Shown: one piece after another, positions 28,859-39,741 of the stretch
How positions within the stretch are numbered: position 1 is the stretch's first letter
Layout: every line of letters starts with the position of its first letter
Assembly (NCBI GenBank): GCA_051531975.1
Contig: JAOPTT010000002.1
Coordinates: 377,968 to 441,967 of the forward strand
Direction: 5' to 3'
Length of the DNA stretch: 64,000 nucleotides
Origin: Spirochaetaceae bacterium
Lineage (GTDB): Bacteria; Spirochaetota; Spirochaetia; DSM-2461
The notes under the pieces: model-generated
What the model saw: the letters and a program-made list of their open reading frames with translations, nothing else
The model's database searches: none
Told to the model about the DNA's origin: nothing
Translations under genes and position numbers: made by a program

Positions 28859-30394
28859 ATGAAACGAATACTATTGTTTGTATTATTATCACTTACATCA
28901 TTCACGATGTTACTGGCTAATAGTAATAAAGAGAGTTCATCTACAACTGATGAGATAAGTTCATCTGATGGTAAGCTATTTAGCAAGCCTCAAGAATTAT
29001 CACTTATGGTACAGTCACACCCTAGTTGGCCATACCAAGATAACTGGTATGTACAAACTGCAATCAAAGATAGAACCAATATGAACCTAAAAGTAATGTC
29101 AATTATAGATTCTAACCAAGCTTTTAGAGAAAAATTAAACCTAACAATGGCTACTGGGGACATTCCTGATCTTATTTTTACAAATAGTAAAGAGGTTGTT
29201 AAGCTGTATGGTAATCAAGGTCCATTTTTAAATATACTTGACAACTTGGACAAGTTACCTAATTTCAAAAAATGGTTATCATCAAACGGGGAGTACGTTA
29301 AAAAGTTCATGTCTAATGATGGCAGTCTTTATATGTTTCCAGAAAGAGGTGTTGAAGAGGGGAATAGACGTGGATGGTTATATAGAGAAGATATTTTCAA
29401 TAAGCACAACTTAGAAATACCTACAGATTCAGATGAGTTATACACAGTATTGAAGCAGTTAAAAAAAATATATCCAGATAGTTACCCATTAACATTTAGA
29501 TCAGGTATGAGACAGTTTTTAATGATGGCACCTTCGTGGGGAACAGATTGGCAAGCTTCTAGTAGTAACCACCAGTTGTATTATAATAGAGACGCTTCAG
29601 AGTGGGGATATGGACCAATTGAAGACAATTTTAAAGATTTAGTGGCGTTTATTAACAAGTTATACACCGAAGACTTAATTCCTCTAAACTTTATGAGTTT
29701 AACAACAAAAGAGTGGCAGGATTTAGTTTCAAATGATAATGCATTTATCACGTTAGATTACTTAACTAGAATTGACTTTTTTAACTCTGCTCTACGGGAG
29801 TCCAACCCTGATTTTACTTTAAGATATATGGCACCAATAAAAGGTGGAGATAATGGTAAAACCAAGATGGCTGCTACAGCTACAGGATTATACGGAATGA
29901 TTCCTTCAGCTATGGCTGATAGAGATGTTCTATTAAAATACTGTGACTGGTTATATTCAGATGAAGCTGCAGATTTACTAAGCTGGGGTGAAGAAGGAAA
30001 AACGTTTAACGTAGTAGATGGGAAGAGAGAGTTTATCGAAGCGACTGATGTAGCATCCATTAGAAAGTTATACGGACTTTCTACATATGGTTTCTTTTTC
30101 CGGTTTGACTTCACATCCCATATGTCAACATTCTCCCCTCTTGTAAACGAAGCAGTTATAGAGAGTAGAAAATATGACCTACCCGAGAATCCACTTGTTG
30201 AGTTTACAGATAGTGAAGCAGAGATTGCTCAAACTATAGGTGTTAATATCGACGATTTTACTCAGCAAGAGACTTCTAAGTTCTTATTAGGGATTAGAGA
30301 TCTAAGTGAGTGGGATCAATATGTTCAAGAAGTTGAGAAGCTAGGTCTATCAAAATTAAGAGAGATCTACAACTCTGCTTATCAAAGACAATAA
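28859..30394 (+). CDS. ABC carbohydrate solute-binding protein (LplA-like)
   Basis: Signal peptide, EKLNLTMATGDIPD, YREDIF and LSWGEEG motifs; start ATG 28859 with GGAG RBS. Confidence 0.9.
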   Translation: MKRILLFVLLSLTSFTMLLANSNKESSSTTDEISSSDGKLFSKPQELSLMVQSHPSWPYQDNWYVQTAIKDRTNMNLKVMSIIDSNQAFREKLNLTMATGDIPDLIFTNSKEVVKLYGNQGPFLNILDNLDKLPNFKKWLSSNGEYVKKFMSNDGSLYMFPERGVEEGNRRGWLYREDIFNKHNLEIPTDSDELYTVLKQLKKIYPDSYPLTFRSGMRQFLMMAPSWGTDWQASSSNHQLYYNRDASEWGYGPIEDNFKDLVAFINKLYTEDLIPLNFMSLTTKEWQDLVSNDNAFITLDYLTRIDFFNSALRESNPDFTLRYMAPIKGGDNGKTKMAATATGLYGMIPSAMADRDVLLKYCDWLYSDEAADLLSWGEEGKTFNVVDGKREFIEATDVASIRKLYGLSTYGFFFRFDFTSHMSTFSPLVNEAVIESRKYDLPENPLVEFTDSEAEIAQTIGVNIDDFTQQETSKFLLGIRDLSEWDQYVQEVEKLGLSKLREIYNSAYQRQ

Positions 30395-30412
30395 AAATAA
30401 TTATTAAATAAT

Positions 30413-30451
30413 CCGTGGAGTTTTAGACTTAGAAATCTAAGACTCCATCGG
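30413..30451 (+). terminator. hairpin after the SBP gene (partial terminator or mRNA stabiliser)
   Basis: CCGTGGAGTTTTAGA...TCTAAGACTCCATCGG then TTTT. Confidence 0.65.
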
Positions 30452-30469
30452 TTTTAAACTGGAGCTATT

Positions 30470-32527
30470 ATGAACTATGATATAAAAATCATTGTCAATT
30501 TAGGTGCGTTCAAATCCTTTAATGAAGCACTACAGTCTGAACAGAATATAAATTGGTGGGATGAAAAAAATATAAACAATGAAATTTGCAGTGAATGTTT
30601 TGCTGCTGTGGAACTGAGAAAACATCTATGTTTACTGTTCAACTTGAATCAGAATGATAAAACTATTTTCCCTATTACAGATAGAGAGTCGGTAGAGGAA
30701 GATGGGATCTATCTAGGAAGTAAATATTACACAGATAGTAAAAATAATAGTAGCGAGAGTTTTACTGTTAGATCAATAACCGCGAATGGTTATAAAAAAC
30801 TATATCTCTCAGGAAAAGGCAGATCTGGAACCCTATACGCAGTCTATAGCTATTTAGAAAAACTTGGATTTAGCTGGTACGGAATAGGAGATAACAATAG
30901 AGCACTCTCTAAAACTGAGTATAGCTTTATGGAGCCATGTGACTATCGTGAGTCTCCATCATTTATCACAAGAGGTTGTTATAGCGAATTTATAGATGAT
31001 ACTAATGAGCAATTTGTAGATTGGTTATCTAGAAATAGAGTTAATTTTGTAGCCCTAGACAGTGTTACAAATCCTTATAACTTAAAAAAACGAGGTATAA
31101 AAATATGTATGGGTGGGCATCACCTGCTATACGAGTATTTAAACCCATCGATCTATGGAAAACAACACCCTAACTGGTTTGGTCTTATAGATGGAAAAAG
31201 AAGTTTTGAGATTGGAGATGGAGGACAGGAAGGATTTGGTCACAACTACTGTACATCTAACCTTGAAGCATCAGATCAACTATGTAGAAATTTAGTTAAA
31301 TCCCTAATAGATGGGAACCTTAAACATACGGATTATCTTAACTTCTGGTTATTAGATAATGGTAGATGGTGTGAATGCGATGAGTGTAGAAATCTTGGAA
31401 ACTACTCGTTTAGGCTATCAAAGTTGGTCTATCTACTGGATAAAAGCATCAAAGAGGCTCAAAACAGAGGTGTAATAAATAGAGATATAAAAATACTCTA
31501 TCCTGCGTACCATGAAACTCTGGAAGCACCAAACAATCCACTACCGGATGATTTTGATTATGAGACTTGTATTGTTACCTATTTCCCAATTGAGAGATGT
31601 TATGTTCACAAAATTAATGATAAGAAATGTACAGAGACAAACCAGGAATTAATGGAAACTTACGACCAGTGGACATTAAATGAAAATAGAAACTATAGAG
31701 GTAGCGTATTAGTTGGAGAGTATTACAATGTAAGTTCCTTTGCTTCATCCCATATACCTTTAATGCAGATAATGAAGCATGATATTCCTTTTTATTACCA
31801 GTCTGGTTCCAGACATATGCACTATATGCATATGAGTGATAGAAACTGGGGAGGAATGAGGTTAACAAATTATCAATTCCAAAAGATGTTATGGAATGTT
31901 GATACAGATGTTGATAAACTTTTAGAGGATTATTATAACAACTTCTACGTGGAAGTGTCACAGAATATGAGACAGTTCTATGAGCTACTAGAAAAAGCGA
32001 TGTGTAATGCAAAGGCATTTAAACATTACCAATATAACAATGGAATAAGACACCAGTTATCCTGGATTTTAAGGGATGAATCTAAAGATGTTTTCCCACT
32101 AAAACATCTACAATACGATACTAAAATTGATGATGATAACGGTGGAATATCTGTAGTTGAGATGATCTCATTACTTAAAGAGTGCAGAGTAATTTTGGAT
32201 CGGGCACTAATGGGATCTAGAAACTCTATTGTAGTGGAAAGATTATTAGAAGATGATGCAAGATTCACCTATACCGAAGATATAATTCACTTTACCTACT
32301 ACTTAATACAGGTGAACCTTCAAAGAAAAGCAAAAAACGAGTCACTAGCTGCGAACTCATTCAAACACGCAAAAAGATATGCAATCCAGTTAGAAAATAA
32401 TACTCAAATGGTTAAAAAAACAAGACGCTTTGATCTGTTTGATAACGGTCTATTAGCGAGTTGGTGTGAACCTGTATACCGGAAATATCAATCTATTTAT
32501 GACTCAACCAGGGATAGCAGATGTTAA
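30470..32527 (+). CDS. DUF4838-type putative glycoside hydrolase
   Basis: GH20/GH67-like N-terminal domain (GTLYAVYSYLEKLGFSWY, SPSFITRG), HPNWFGL, WCECDEC and LWNVDTDVD motifs. Confidence 0.75.
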   Translation: MNYDIKIIVNLGAFKSFNEALQSEQNINWWDEKNINNEICSECFAAVELRKHLCLLFNLNQNDKTIFPITDRESVEEDGIYLGSKYYTDSKNNSSESFTVRSITANGYKKLYLSGKGRSGTLYAVYSYLEKLGFSWYGIGDNNRALSKTEYSFMEPCDYRESPSFITRGCYSEFIDDTNEQFVDWLSRNRVNFVALDSVTNPYNLKKRGIKICMGGHHLLYEYLNPSIYGKQHPNWFGLIDGKRSFEIGDGGQEGFGHNYCTSNLEASDQLCRNLVKSLIDGNLKHTDYLNFWLLDNGRWCECDECRNLGNYSFRLSKLVYLLDKSIKEAQNRGVINRDIKILYPAYHETLEAPNNPLPDDFDYETCIVTYFPIERCYVHKINDKKCTETNQELMETYDQWTLNENRNYRGSVLVGEYYNVSSFASSHIPLMQIMKHDIPFYYQSGSRHMHYMHMSDRNWGGMRLTNYQFQKMLWNVDTDVDKLLEDYYNNFYVEVSQNMRQFYELLEKAMCNAKAFKHYQYNNGIRHQLSWILRDESKDVFPLKHLQYDTKIDDDNGGISVVEMISLLKECRVILDRALMGSRNSIVVERLLEDDARFTYTEDIIHFTYYLIQVNLQRKAKNESLAANSFKHAKRYAIQLENNTQMVKKTRRFDLFDNGLLASWCEPVYRKYQSIYDSTRDSRC

Positions 32528-33471
32528 ACGTTGGAATAATTGGAGCTGGTAAAATCAGTTTGCGGCATGTTGAAGCACTTAAGTCTATAGAAGGAGTTAA
32601 TCTGATTTCGGTTGCGGATATAATATCCAAGCGGTCTGAATCTCTCTCTAAACTTTTTGGTGGTACATCCTATAAAGATTACAAAGTGATGATTACTAAA
32701 GAGTCTATAGACTGTGTAATTATCAATCTTCCTCATAACCTCCATAAAGATTGTGCCATCTGGTGTGCAGGGCAAGGTATTAATATCTTTTTAGAAAAGC
32801 CTATGGCCATAGATAGTAATGAGTGTAAAAAGATCATTCTGGAAACGGAAAAATTTGGAGTAAAGCTAGTTATTGGTCATGTTCAGCGTTATTTCCCAGA
32901 GAATATTTTAGCAAAGGAGATTATAGATTCTGGGGAACTTGGAGAAGTAACTACGATTATGGATTGTAGAAATATAAATTACTTCTCTTCTGACAGACCT
33001 GCCTGGTTTTTAGACAAGTCAAGATCAGGTGGTGGAATCTTAATGAATTTTGGAGCTCATTCACTTGATAAACTTAAGTGGTTAACTGGTAGTAAGATAA
33101 AAAACATTTATGGAAAAGTTGGTAACGGAGAGATGGGCCATAACATAGAAGGACACGCCCAAGCCTTAGTTGAGATGGAGTGTGGTGTAACAGCGACTTT
33201 AAACTATTCTGGATATAAAGAAGTTACTAAAAATGAAACCATTATTCATCTGACCAAAGGGACACTAAAACTAGTTACAGGAAAAGGTCTTTGGAAAAGT
33301 ATCAACGGCGAGTATATCTCATTACCTGTTAAAAAGGTATTTGATCCATTTAAAAAACAGTTAGAAGAGTTTGTGGATCAAATAACTGGTTCAAAAACCA
33401 TTGTTACAGATGGTCTATATGGAAAAGAGATTATCTCTGCAATTGAGTCCATATATAACAACAATAAGTAA
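32521..33471 (+). CDS. Gfo/Idh/MocA family oxidoreductase
   Basis: GIIGAGKI, LEKPMA and SGGGILMNFGAH motifs. Confidence 0.92.
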   Translation: MLNVGIIGAGKISLRHVEALKSIEGVNLISVADIISKRSESLSKLFGGTSYKDYKVMITKESIDCVIINLPHNLHKDCAIWCAGQGINIFLEKPMAIDSNECKKIILETEKFGVKLVIGHVQRYFPENILAKEIIDSGELGEVTTIMDCRNINYFSSDRPAWFLDKSRSGGGILMNFGAHSLDKLKWLTGSKIKNIYGKVGNGEMGHNIEGHAQALVEMECGVTATLNYSGYKEVTKNETIIHLTKGTLKLVTGKGLWKSINGEYISLPVKKVFDPFKKQLEEFVDQITGSKTIVTDGLYGKEIISAIESIYNNNK

Positions 33472-33482
33472 GGAGGTCCTAA

Positions 33483-34433
33483 ATGGCCGATTATGCAGTA
33501 CAACCGACAACACTAATGACAACAAAAAAGAGTGTGTTACTAAAAAGAATATATAAAGATCGATTTCTTCTAATACTATTTTTACCAACCTTTTTATATT
33601 TTTTTATATTTAAATATTTACCTATGTGGGGAATAATTATTTCGTTAAAAGACTTCAAACCTTTTTTAGGATTTAAAGCAAGTGAATTTGTGGGTCTTAA
33701 ACACTATATAGCTTTTTTCTCCTCTCCCGACTCATTTAAAATTATAAAAAATACCATGTTATTAGGTCTATTCTCTCTAGTTTGGGGTTTTCCACTTCCG
33801 ATAATATTTGCCCTGGTTTTAAATGAAGTAAAAACTTTAAAGTTTAAAAAGTTTGTTCAAACTGTAACATATATGCCCCACTTCCTATCCCATGTGGTTA
33901 TTGTAGGTATGATGATGTCATTCTTATCTCCAATTAGAGGACCAATTAATATTTTAATAGAGAGCTTAGGTGGCCCTAAAATGGACTTCTTTACCCAGCC
34001 ACAACTATTTAGAACACTCTATATTGCATCAGATATTTGGCAACAATTAGGTTGGGGTGCCATAATCTATCTTGCGGCACTAGCTGGGATTGATCCACAG
34101 CTCTACGAAGCAGCAAGAATGGATGGTGCGGGTAAGTTAAGACAAATCTGGAGTATTACCCTTCCTTGTATCGCTCCAACTATAATAACTATGCTCTTAC
34201 TAAGAAGTGGTGCCATATTTAGTGTTGGATTTGAGAAAGTAATATTAATGTATAATCCTGCTATCTACGATACAGCGGATGTAATTAGTACCTATGCATA
34301 TAGGCAAGGATTAGTTTCAGGAAATATAAGTTACGCAACAGCCATCGGCCTGTTTAACTCACTACTGAATCTTACACTTTTAACTATCACAAATAAATTG
34401 GCTAAAAAAACAACAGGTACGAGTCTGTGGTAA
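33483..34433 (+). CDS. carbohydrate ABC permease (LplB-like)
   Basis: FVGLKHY, YMPHFLS and EAA loop LYEAARMDGA. Confidence 0.93.
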   Translation: MADYAVQPTTLMTTKKSVLLKRIYKDRFLLILFLPTFLYFFIFKYLPMWGIIISLKDFKPFLGFKASEFVGLKHYIAFFSSPDSFKIIKNTMLLGLFSLVWGFPLPIIFALVLNEVKTLKFKKFVQTVTYMPHFLSHVVIVGMMMSFLSPIRGPINILIESLGGPKMDFFTQPQLFRTLYIASDIWQQLGWGAIIYLAALAGIDPQLYEAARMDGAGKLRQIWSITLPCIAPTIITMLLLRSGAIFSVGFEKVILMYNPAIYDTADVISTYAYRQGLVSGNISYATAIGLFNSLLNLTLLTITNKLAKKTTGTSLW

Positions 34434-34447
34434 AAAGGGGAACTATT

Positions 34448-35314
34448 ATGAATAAAAAACAACCAATAACAATTTCTAGGATTATCAAAGTAGTCTTTCT
34501 ACTATTAATTCTATCTGCTTGTATCTATCCGTTTATCTATATGGTAGCAGTATCATTCTCGGATGATATCTATGTATTAAAGAGTCAGATTAGTTTCTAT
34601 CCTAAAGGATTTACACTGAAAGTTTACGACATTGTATTTAGTGATAAAAGAATATTTCAAGCTTATGGAAATACGATTATATACACTGTAGTTGGAACTA
34701 CTATCGCTATGGCTATTACATCTGCTGGCGGGTATGCAATGTGTAAAAAGAGAATTGTGTTCCACAGATTCTTCAATATAATGATTATAGTTACGATGTT
34801 TTTCAGCGGAGGCCTAATTCCAACATTCCTAACAGTTCGTTATCTAGGTCTATTAGATTCCATCTGGGCAATTGTATTACCAACCTGTGTAAGTGCATGG
34901 AACTTTATATTAATGAGAAGCTTTTTTGATAACTTTCCTACGGACATAGAGGAATCAGGACGAATTGAAGGATTAAATGATATTCAGATATTTATACATC
35001 TGGTTCTCCCTGTATCCAAGGCTGTAACTATGACTATTGGTCTATTCTACGCAGTAGCTATTTGGAACGCATACTTCTACCCGTTCATCTACCTATCTTC
35101 CCCTGAGAAGTTACCACTACAGGTTATATTAAGAGAGATATTAATGGCAGGTTCCAATAGTAACGAAGCTACTGGTGTAGGGGACTCCACTGTAGTAGAA
35201 GAGTCTTTAAAATATGCGACAGTATTAGTCTCAGTTGTACCGGTAATTGCCATATATCCATTTATACAAAAGTATTTTGTAAAAGGTGTAATGATTGGAT
35301 CGGTTAAGGGATAG
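34448..35314 (+). CDS. carbohydrate ABC permease (LplC-like)
   Basis: FSGGLIPTF, IEESGRIEG and YPFIQKYFVKGVMIGSVKG; start ATG 34448 after AGGGG. Confidence 0.93.
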   Translation: MNKKQPITISRIIKVVFLLLILSACIYPFIYMVAVSFSDDIYVLKSQISFYPKGFTLKVYDIVFSDKRIFQAYGNTIIYTVVGTTIAMAITSAGGYAMCKKRIVFHRFFNIMIIVTMFFSGGLIPTFLTVRYLGLLDSIWAIVLPTCVSAWNFILMRSFFDNFPTDIEESGRIEGLNDIQIFIHLVLPVSKAVTMTIGLFYAVAIWNAYFYPFIYLSSPEKLPLQVILREILMAGSNSNEATGVGDSTVVEESLKYATVLVSVVPVIAIYPFIQKYFVKGVMIGSVKG

Positions 35315-35318
35315 TTGT

Positions 35319-36092
35319 ATGAAAATATCAATCTGCAGTAGCTGGTTCAAAAATAGACCAGTTGAAGAAGTAATATCAATTGCAAACATATATGGATTAA
35401 GTGGAATAGAGCTCTGGTCTGGACATATTGATGACTACATTAAGAGATGTGGTCATCTTGATGGGTTAAAAAAGCTACTTAAAGAGTCTAAGTTGGCAGT
35501 AGTTGCGATCTCTCCCTATCTAAATTTTACTCAGAGCAAAGAGAGAACCGATGAGTCAGTTGCAGAAGCTAATAGATGTGCAAAATATGCAAGGTTACTT
35601 GATGCCTCTATTATCAGAATCTTTGTAGGGAATATCCCCTCTGCTAAAATGGTCAAGCAACAGTGGGAGATGAGTTATAGTGCTTTAGAGCAGATATGTC
35701 AAAGTAATAGTGATTTAACTTTTGCTCTAGAGACCCACTATAACCAACCTACAGATAGAGTTGAAGTGATTAAAAATCTACAGCAGAGAGTAGGATGCGA
35801 TAACTTAAAAGTTTTATTCGATGGTTTTAATTTCAGTATAGAGGATATAGATCAAGTTGAAGCGTTAGAGGCACTATATAATGATGTGGTTCATGTGCAT
35901 ATGAAAAACTACCTCTGGAAAGATAGAATCCCAACAACTCTGTTCTCAGGTGATGCAAACAATAAAGATATTGTATTAGAACTAATTAAACGGGGATACA
36001 AAGGATTTATCTCCCTTGAGTATTTTATAGAAGATTACCATGAAGTGCTTAATGGATCTGTTAGAGAGATAAAGGACCTTTGTAATGAGTAA
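35319..36092 (+). CDS. sugar phosphate isomerase/epimerase (xylose isomerase-like TIM barrel)
   Basis: GIELW, FALETH, VLFD, HVHMK and GFISLEY motifs. Confidence 0.87.
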   Translation: MKISICSSWFKNRPVEEVISIANIYGLSGIELWSGHIDDYIKRCGHLDGLKKLLKESKLAVVAISPYLNFTQSKERTDESVAEANRCAKYARLLDASIIRIFVGNIPSAKMVKQQWEMSYSALEQICQSNSDLTFALETHYNQPTDRVEVIKNLQQRVGCDNLKVLFDGFNFSIEDIDQVEALEALYNDVVHVHMKNYLWKDRIPTTLFSGDANNKDIVLELIKRGYKGFISLEYFIEDYHEVLNGSVREIKDLCNE

Positions 36093-37239
36093 GATATTGG
36101 TATGTGGAAAATCGATCTTTTCAGGTAGATCCATAGAGGTCTCTATAGTAGATGGAATAGTCGCATCTGTTTCGGAGTGTGAGGAGATGGGAAACTATCT
36201 ATCTCCAGGTTTTTTTGACCTGCAACTAAATGGTTATATTAGTTTAGATTACTCAACAAACTTAGCTGTGGAGCAAGTAGAAAAACTAATTCGTAAGATA
36301 GCTTCTAGTGGTACGACAAAACATCTTCCTACAATTATAACCAACACTGAGGAACAGATTATTAGTAGTATTAAACACATTATGAAAGCTAAAAATAGTT
36401 CATCTATTGTTAATAATGCAATTCCTGGATTTCATATAGAGGGTCCATTTATATCTTCTAAAGATGGAGCAAGAGGTGTACATAATCCTAAACATATTAG
36501 GAGAGCTGATTTAGATGAGTTTTTACGGTGGCAAGATGCTGCAGAGGGTTTAATAAAAATTGTAACACTATCACCAGAGGATGATGGTGCTATAGAGTTT
36601 ATTCATGAGATAAATAAAAGAGGAGTTATTCCAGCTATTGGGCATACTGCAGTTTCTGGAGAGTTTATAGATAGAGCAATAGATGCGGGAGCAAAATTAT
36701 CTACCCATATTGGAAATGGTTGTCCCGCTTTTATACCTAGGCTAGATAATTTTGTATGGAAACAGATATCAGATGATAGACTATCGGCCTCACTAATTTC
36801 AGATGGGTTTCATCTCCCATCTGAAGTACTTAAAAGTTTTTCACGAATAAAACAGCTTGGTAACACTATTTTAGTAAGTGATGCTGCAGCCCTTGCAGGA
36901 AATCCTCCAGGACTCTATAAGTGGGGAGATATGGATATCAGAATATTTAACGATGGGCATATGGGTCTTAATAACACAACAAATTTAGCTGGAGCTTCAC
37001 TTCTACTAGATCGGTGTATTAGTAATATGACAGACAAAACAGATTTTTCTCTAGAAGAGAGTGTTATGTGTGCCACAACTAATCCTAGTAGATTGTGTGA
37101 TTTTCCTATTTGGAATAATGAACCGATTGTAGGTGAGACTGCAAACTTAACTTCATTTAATATGATTAATAATAAATTAAATATTGGTAAAACAATCTAC
37201 CAAAATGATATTTTATTTAACAACGGGGGAAAAAATTGA
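36085..37239 (+). CDS. nagA: N-acetylglucosamine-6-phosphate deacetylase family protein
   Basis: PGFFDLQLNG, HIEGPF, IGHT, THIGNG, DGFH and LVSDA motifs. Confidence 0.85.
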   Translation: MSKILVCGKSIFSGRSIEVSIVDGIVASVSECEEMGNYLSPGFFDLQLNGYISLDYSTNLAVEQVEKLIRKIASSGTTKHLPTIITNTEEQIISSIKHIMKAKNSSSIVNNAIPGFHIEGPFISSKDGARGVHNPKHIRRADLDEFLRWQDAAEGLIKIVTLSPEDDGAIEFIHEINKRGVIPAIGHTAVSGEFIDRAIDAGAKLSTHIGNGCPAFIPRLDNFVWKQISDDRLSASLISDGFHLPSEVLKSFSRIKQLGNTILVSDAAALAGNPPGLYKWGDMDIRIFNDGHMGLNNTTNLAGASLLLDRCISNMTDKTDFSLEESVMCATTNPSRLCDFPIWNNEPIVGETANLTSFNMINNKLNIGKTIYQNDILFNNGGKN

Positions 37240-37973
37240 ATATTTTTATAGATAAGAACAAAAAAGAGAGTGGAAAGGCAGCGGCAACTAAAGGTGCCTC
37301 TTTAATAAAAAATATTATGAGCAAAAAGCAGCATATAAATATTATATTAGCAACAGGAGCAAGCCAATTTGATATGCTTGAGAACTTAATAGATAAAGAT
37401 CTTGATTGGTCAAGAATTGATATATTTCATTTAGATGAATATATTGGAATTTCTGATAAGCATCCTGCAAGTTTTAGAAAGTATCTAAAAGAGAGAGTAG
37501 CAAATAAACTCCCTAATTTAAATAATTTTCATTATGTTAATGGGGATGTTGATGATCTGGATATAGAGTTAAAACGGTTAAACAAACTTATATCAGAAAT
37601 AGATATTGATGTTGCATTTATAGGAATTGGAGAGAATGGTCATTTAGCATTTAATGATCCTCCCGCTGATTTTGAAACTACTATTCCATATATAATTGTA
37701 ACGCTGGATAAAAAATGTAGAGAACAGCAATTTAATGAAGGTTGGTTCCCCACTCTAGACGACGTTCCCAAAAGTGCGATTTCAATGAGTATTAAACAGA
37801 TAATTAAATCTAAAAATATTATCTGTACTGTACCAGATCTAAGAAAGGCTGAGGCTGTTGCTGGAAGTGTAAATGGAGAAGTATCTAATTTATGTCCTGG
37901 ATCAATCCTCCAAACTCATGGTAGTACTTACTGTTTTTTCGATAATAAGTCCGCTTCACTAATAAAAAAGTAG
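37236..37973 (+). CDS. nagB: glucosamine-6-phosphate deaminase family protein
   Basis: LATGASQ, FHLDEY and GIGENGHLAFNDP motifs. Confidence 0.88.
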   Translation: MNIFIDKNKKESGKAAATKGASLIKNIMSKKQHINIILATGASQFDMLENLIDKDLDWSRIDIFHLDEYIGISDKHPASFRKYLKERVANKLPNLNNFHYVNGDVDDLDIELKRLNKLISEIDIDVAFIGIGENGHLAFNDPPADFETTIPYIIVTLDKKCREQQFNEGWFPTLDDVPKSAISMSIKQIIKSKNIICTVPDLRKAEAVAGSVNGEVSNLCPGSILQTHGSTYCFFDNKSASLIKK

Positions 37974-38326
37974 TTGTTTTGGACCCGGTACAATCCTATC
38001 GGGTCTAACTCTATATATGCCCTAAATTTCTTTACTGCTGCTGAAAGGATTCTATATTTTGACAAGTAAAAAATCAAAAGAAAAGCAATGACATTTGATG
38101 CAATAGAATTTGTTCCTTCTTTCTCTAAGACTTTGTTTATAGTAACAATCATAAATATGATAAGTGTAATGAGCTGGCCGTCAGTCATTACTACTTCCAG
38201 AAGATGTCGAAATATAGCTGGATAATCCCGATTATCAAACTGTTTAATGTGCACAGCGTTTACAATACAACCTTCATCGAATAAGGTTCACGTTATTATA
38301 CCTGAACCGGCTTATTACTTAATTTT

Positions 38327-39544
38327 TTAATCGCAAGAGTAGTTGATATTTGGATATTTACATATGGCAGCTAAACCACCTTCAGCCGTCTCACGATACA
38401 AGGAAGGAAGATCATGACCTGTTTGCTTCATTACATGTACCACAGTATCAAAACTGACTCTATGAATACCATCGGAAAGTAGTGCGTGATCAGCACATGA
38501 GAGAGCTCTTTTAGCTGCAAAACTGTTTCTTTCAATACATGGAATCTGAACTAGACCACCAACCGGATCACATGTCAAACCCAGATGATGTTCAAGACCC
38601 ATTTCTGCAGCATATTCTATCTGTCTTATAGAACCACCTAACAATTGAGTAGCTGCAGCTGCAGCCATTGCACATGCGGAACCGATTTCACCCTGACACC
38701 CTACCTCAGCACCTGAAATTGACCCGTTAAACTTAATCAAGTTACCTATAATCCCGGCTGTAGCCAGAGCTTTTATAATAGCTTTATCTTTAATACCTTC
38801 CACTTTTTTTAGATACATTAAAACAGCAGGTAAAACGCCACATGCACCGCAAGTTGGGGCAGTAACAACTACTCCTCCACTGGCGTTTTCCTCAGATACA
38901 GCCAATGCAAATGAAGTTAACATTCCGGAACGTTTAAAATGAGTTCCGGCATTTTTACTACGGATTTTATATGTTGAAGCTTTTCTTGCCAGGCCTAACC
39001 CACCTGAAAGAACACCTTCCTCTTCCAACCCATTTTTTATGGATTTCTGCATTTTACCCCATATAGTTTCAAGAAATGAGAAAAAGGATTCATCTTCATT
39101 TTCAAAGACAAATTCCCAGAAACTTTTACCACTTTGTTCACAGTAATTCAGTATTTTATCCATTGATCTTAACTTGTATATATACTTTAAATCCACTTTT
39201 CCACCTGAAGAAAGCGCCCCACCACCTACGGAATAGACAGTCTGTTCGTTTATATAATCTTCATATACAGCACTAAATAACATACCATTGGGATGAAAAG
39301 GTAGATTTATTTCCGGTTTCCAAATTATCTGGGCTATTTTATCTTTTTGTAAATATATCTCTTTTATGGCAACATCGGTCATATGCCCTTTACCGGTAGC
39401 TGCAAGACTTCCGTAAAGAGTAACACTATAACTAAGTGCCCGAAGGTTATTATCAAGAAAAAGCATTGCAGCTTTTGCAGGCCCCATAGTATGACTACTT
39501 GAAGGTCCTTTACCAACCTTATATATATCTTTTATAGATTCCAT
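38327..39544 (-). CDS. sdaA: Fe-S L-serine ammonia-lyase, single chain
   Basis: GPSSSHTMGP, VVTAPTCG, GAEVGCQGE and LTCDPVGGLVQIPCIERN motifs. Confidence 0.95.
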   Translation of the reverse strand: MESIKDIYKVGKGPSSSHTMGPAKAAMLFLDNNLRALSYSVTLYGSLAATGKGHMTDVAIKEIYLQKDKIAQIIWKPEINLPFHPNGMLFSAVYEDYINEQTVYSVGGGALSSGGKVDLKYIYKLRSMDKILNYCEQSGKSFWEFVFENEDESFFSFLETIWGKMQKSIKNGLEEEGVLSGGLGLARKASTYKIRSKNAGTHFKRSGMLTSFALAVSEENASGGVVVTAPTCGACGVLPAVLMYLKKVEGIKDKAIIKALATAGIIGNLIKFNGSISGAEVGCQGEIGSACAMAAAAATQLLGGSIRQIEYAAEMGLEHHLGLTCDPVGGLVQIPCIERNSFAAKRALSCADHALLSDGIHRVSFDTVVHVMKQTGHDLPSLYRETAEGGLAAICKYPNINYSCD

Positions 39545-39741
39545 TATTGGTCCATTCCTCTTCTTATAAATCCGTATTTAATTAATAGGATTAACTCATC
39601 ATCTAATACAACATAAAACTCGACATTGAAAGTTAGTATAACTTCGACACATTATTTAAGGTATCTTCTAGAACTTGCAGGGTGGGTATCAACAATACCC
39701 ATTCTGCTTTAAGAGAAAGTTATGTTTTATAACCTATGGCT

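Noticed and set aside
37928..38254. 108-aa minus-strand ORF whose end (YLSKYRILSAAVKKFRAYIE) resembles a LysR C-terminus
   Set aside because: Overlaps the nagB end and the similarity is too short to support a call; possible relic only
39677..39707. Hairpin GCAGGGTGGGTAT...ATACCCATTCTGC downstream of the aldolase gene
   Set aside because: Pairs better on the plus strand and lacks a U tract on the coding strand, so it is not confidently a terminator
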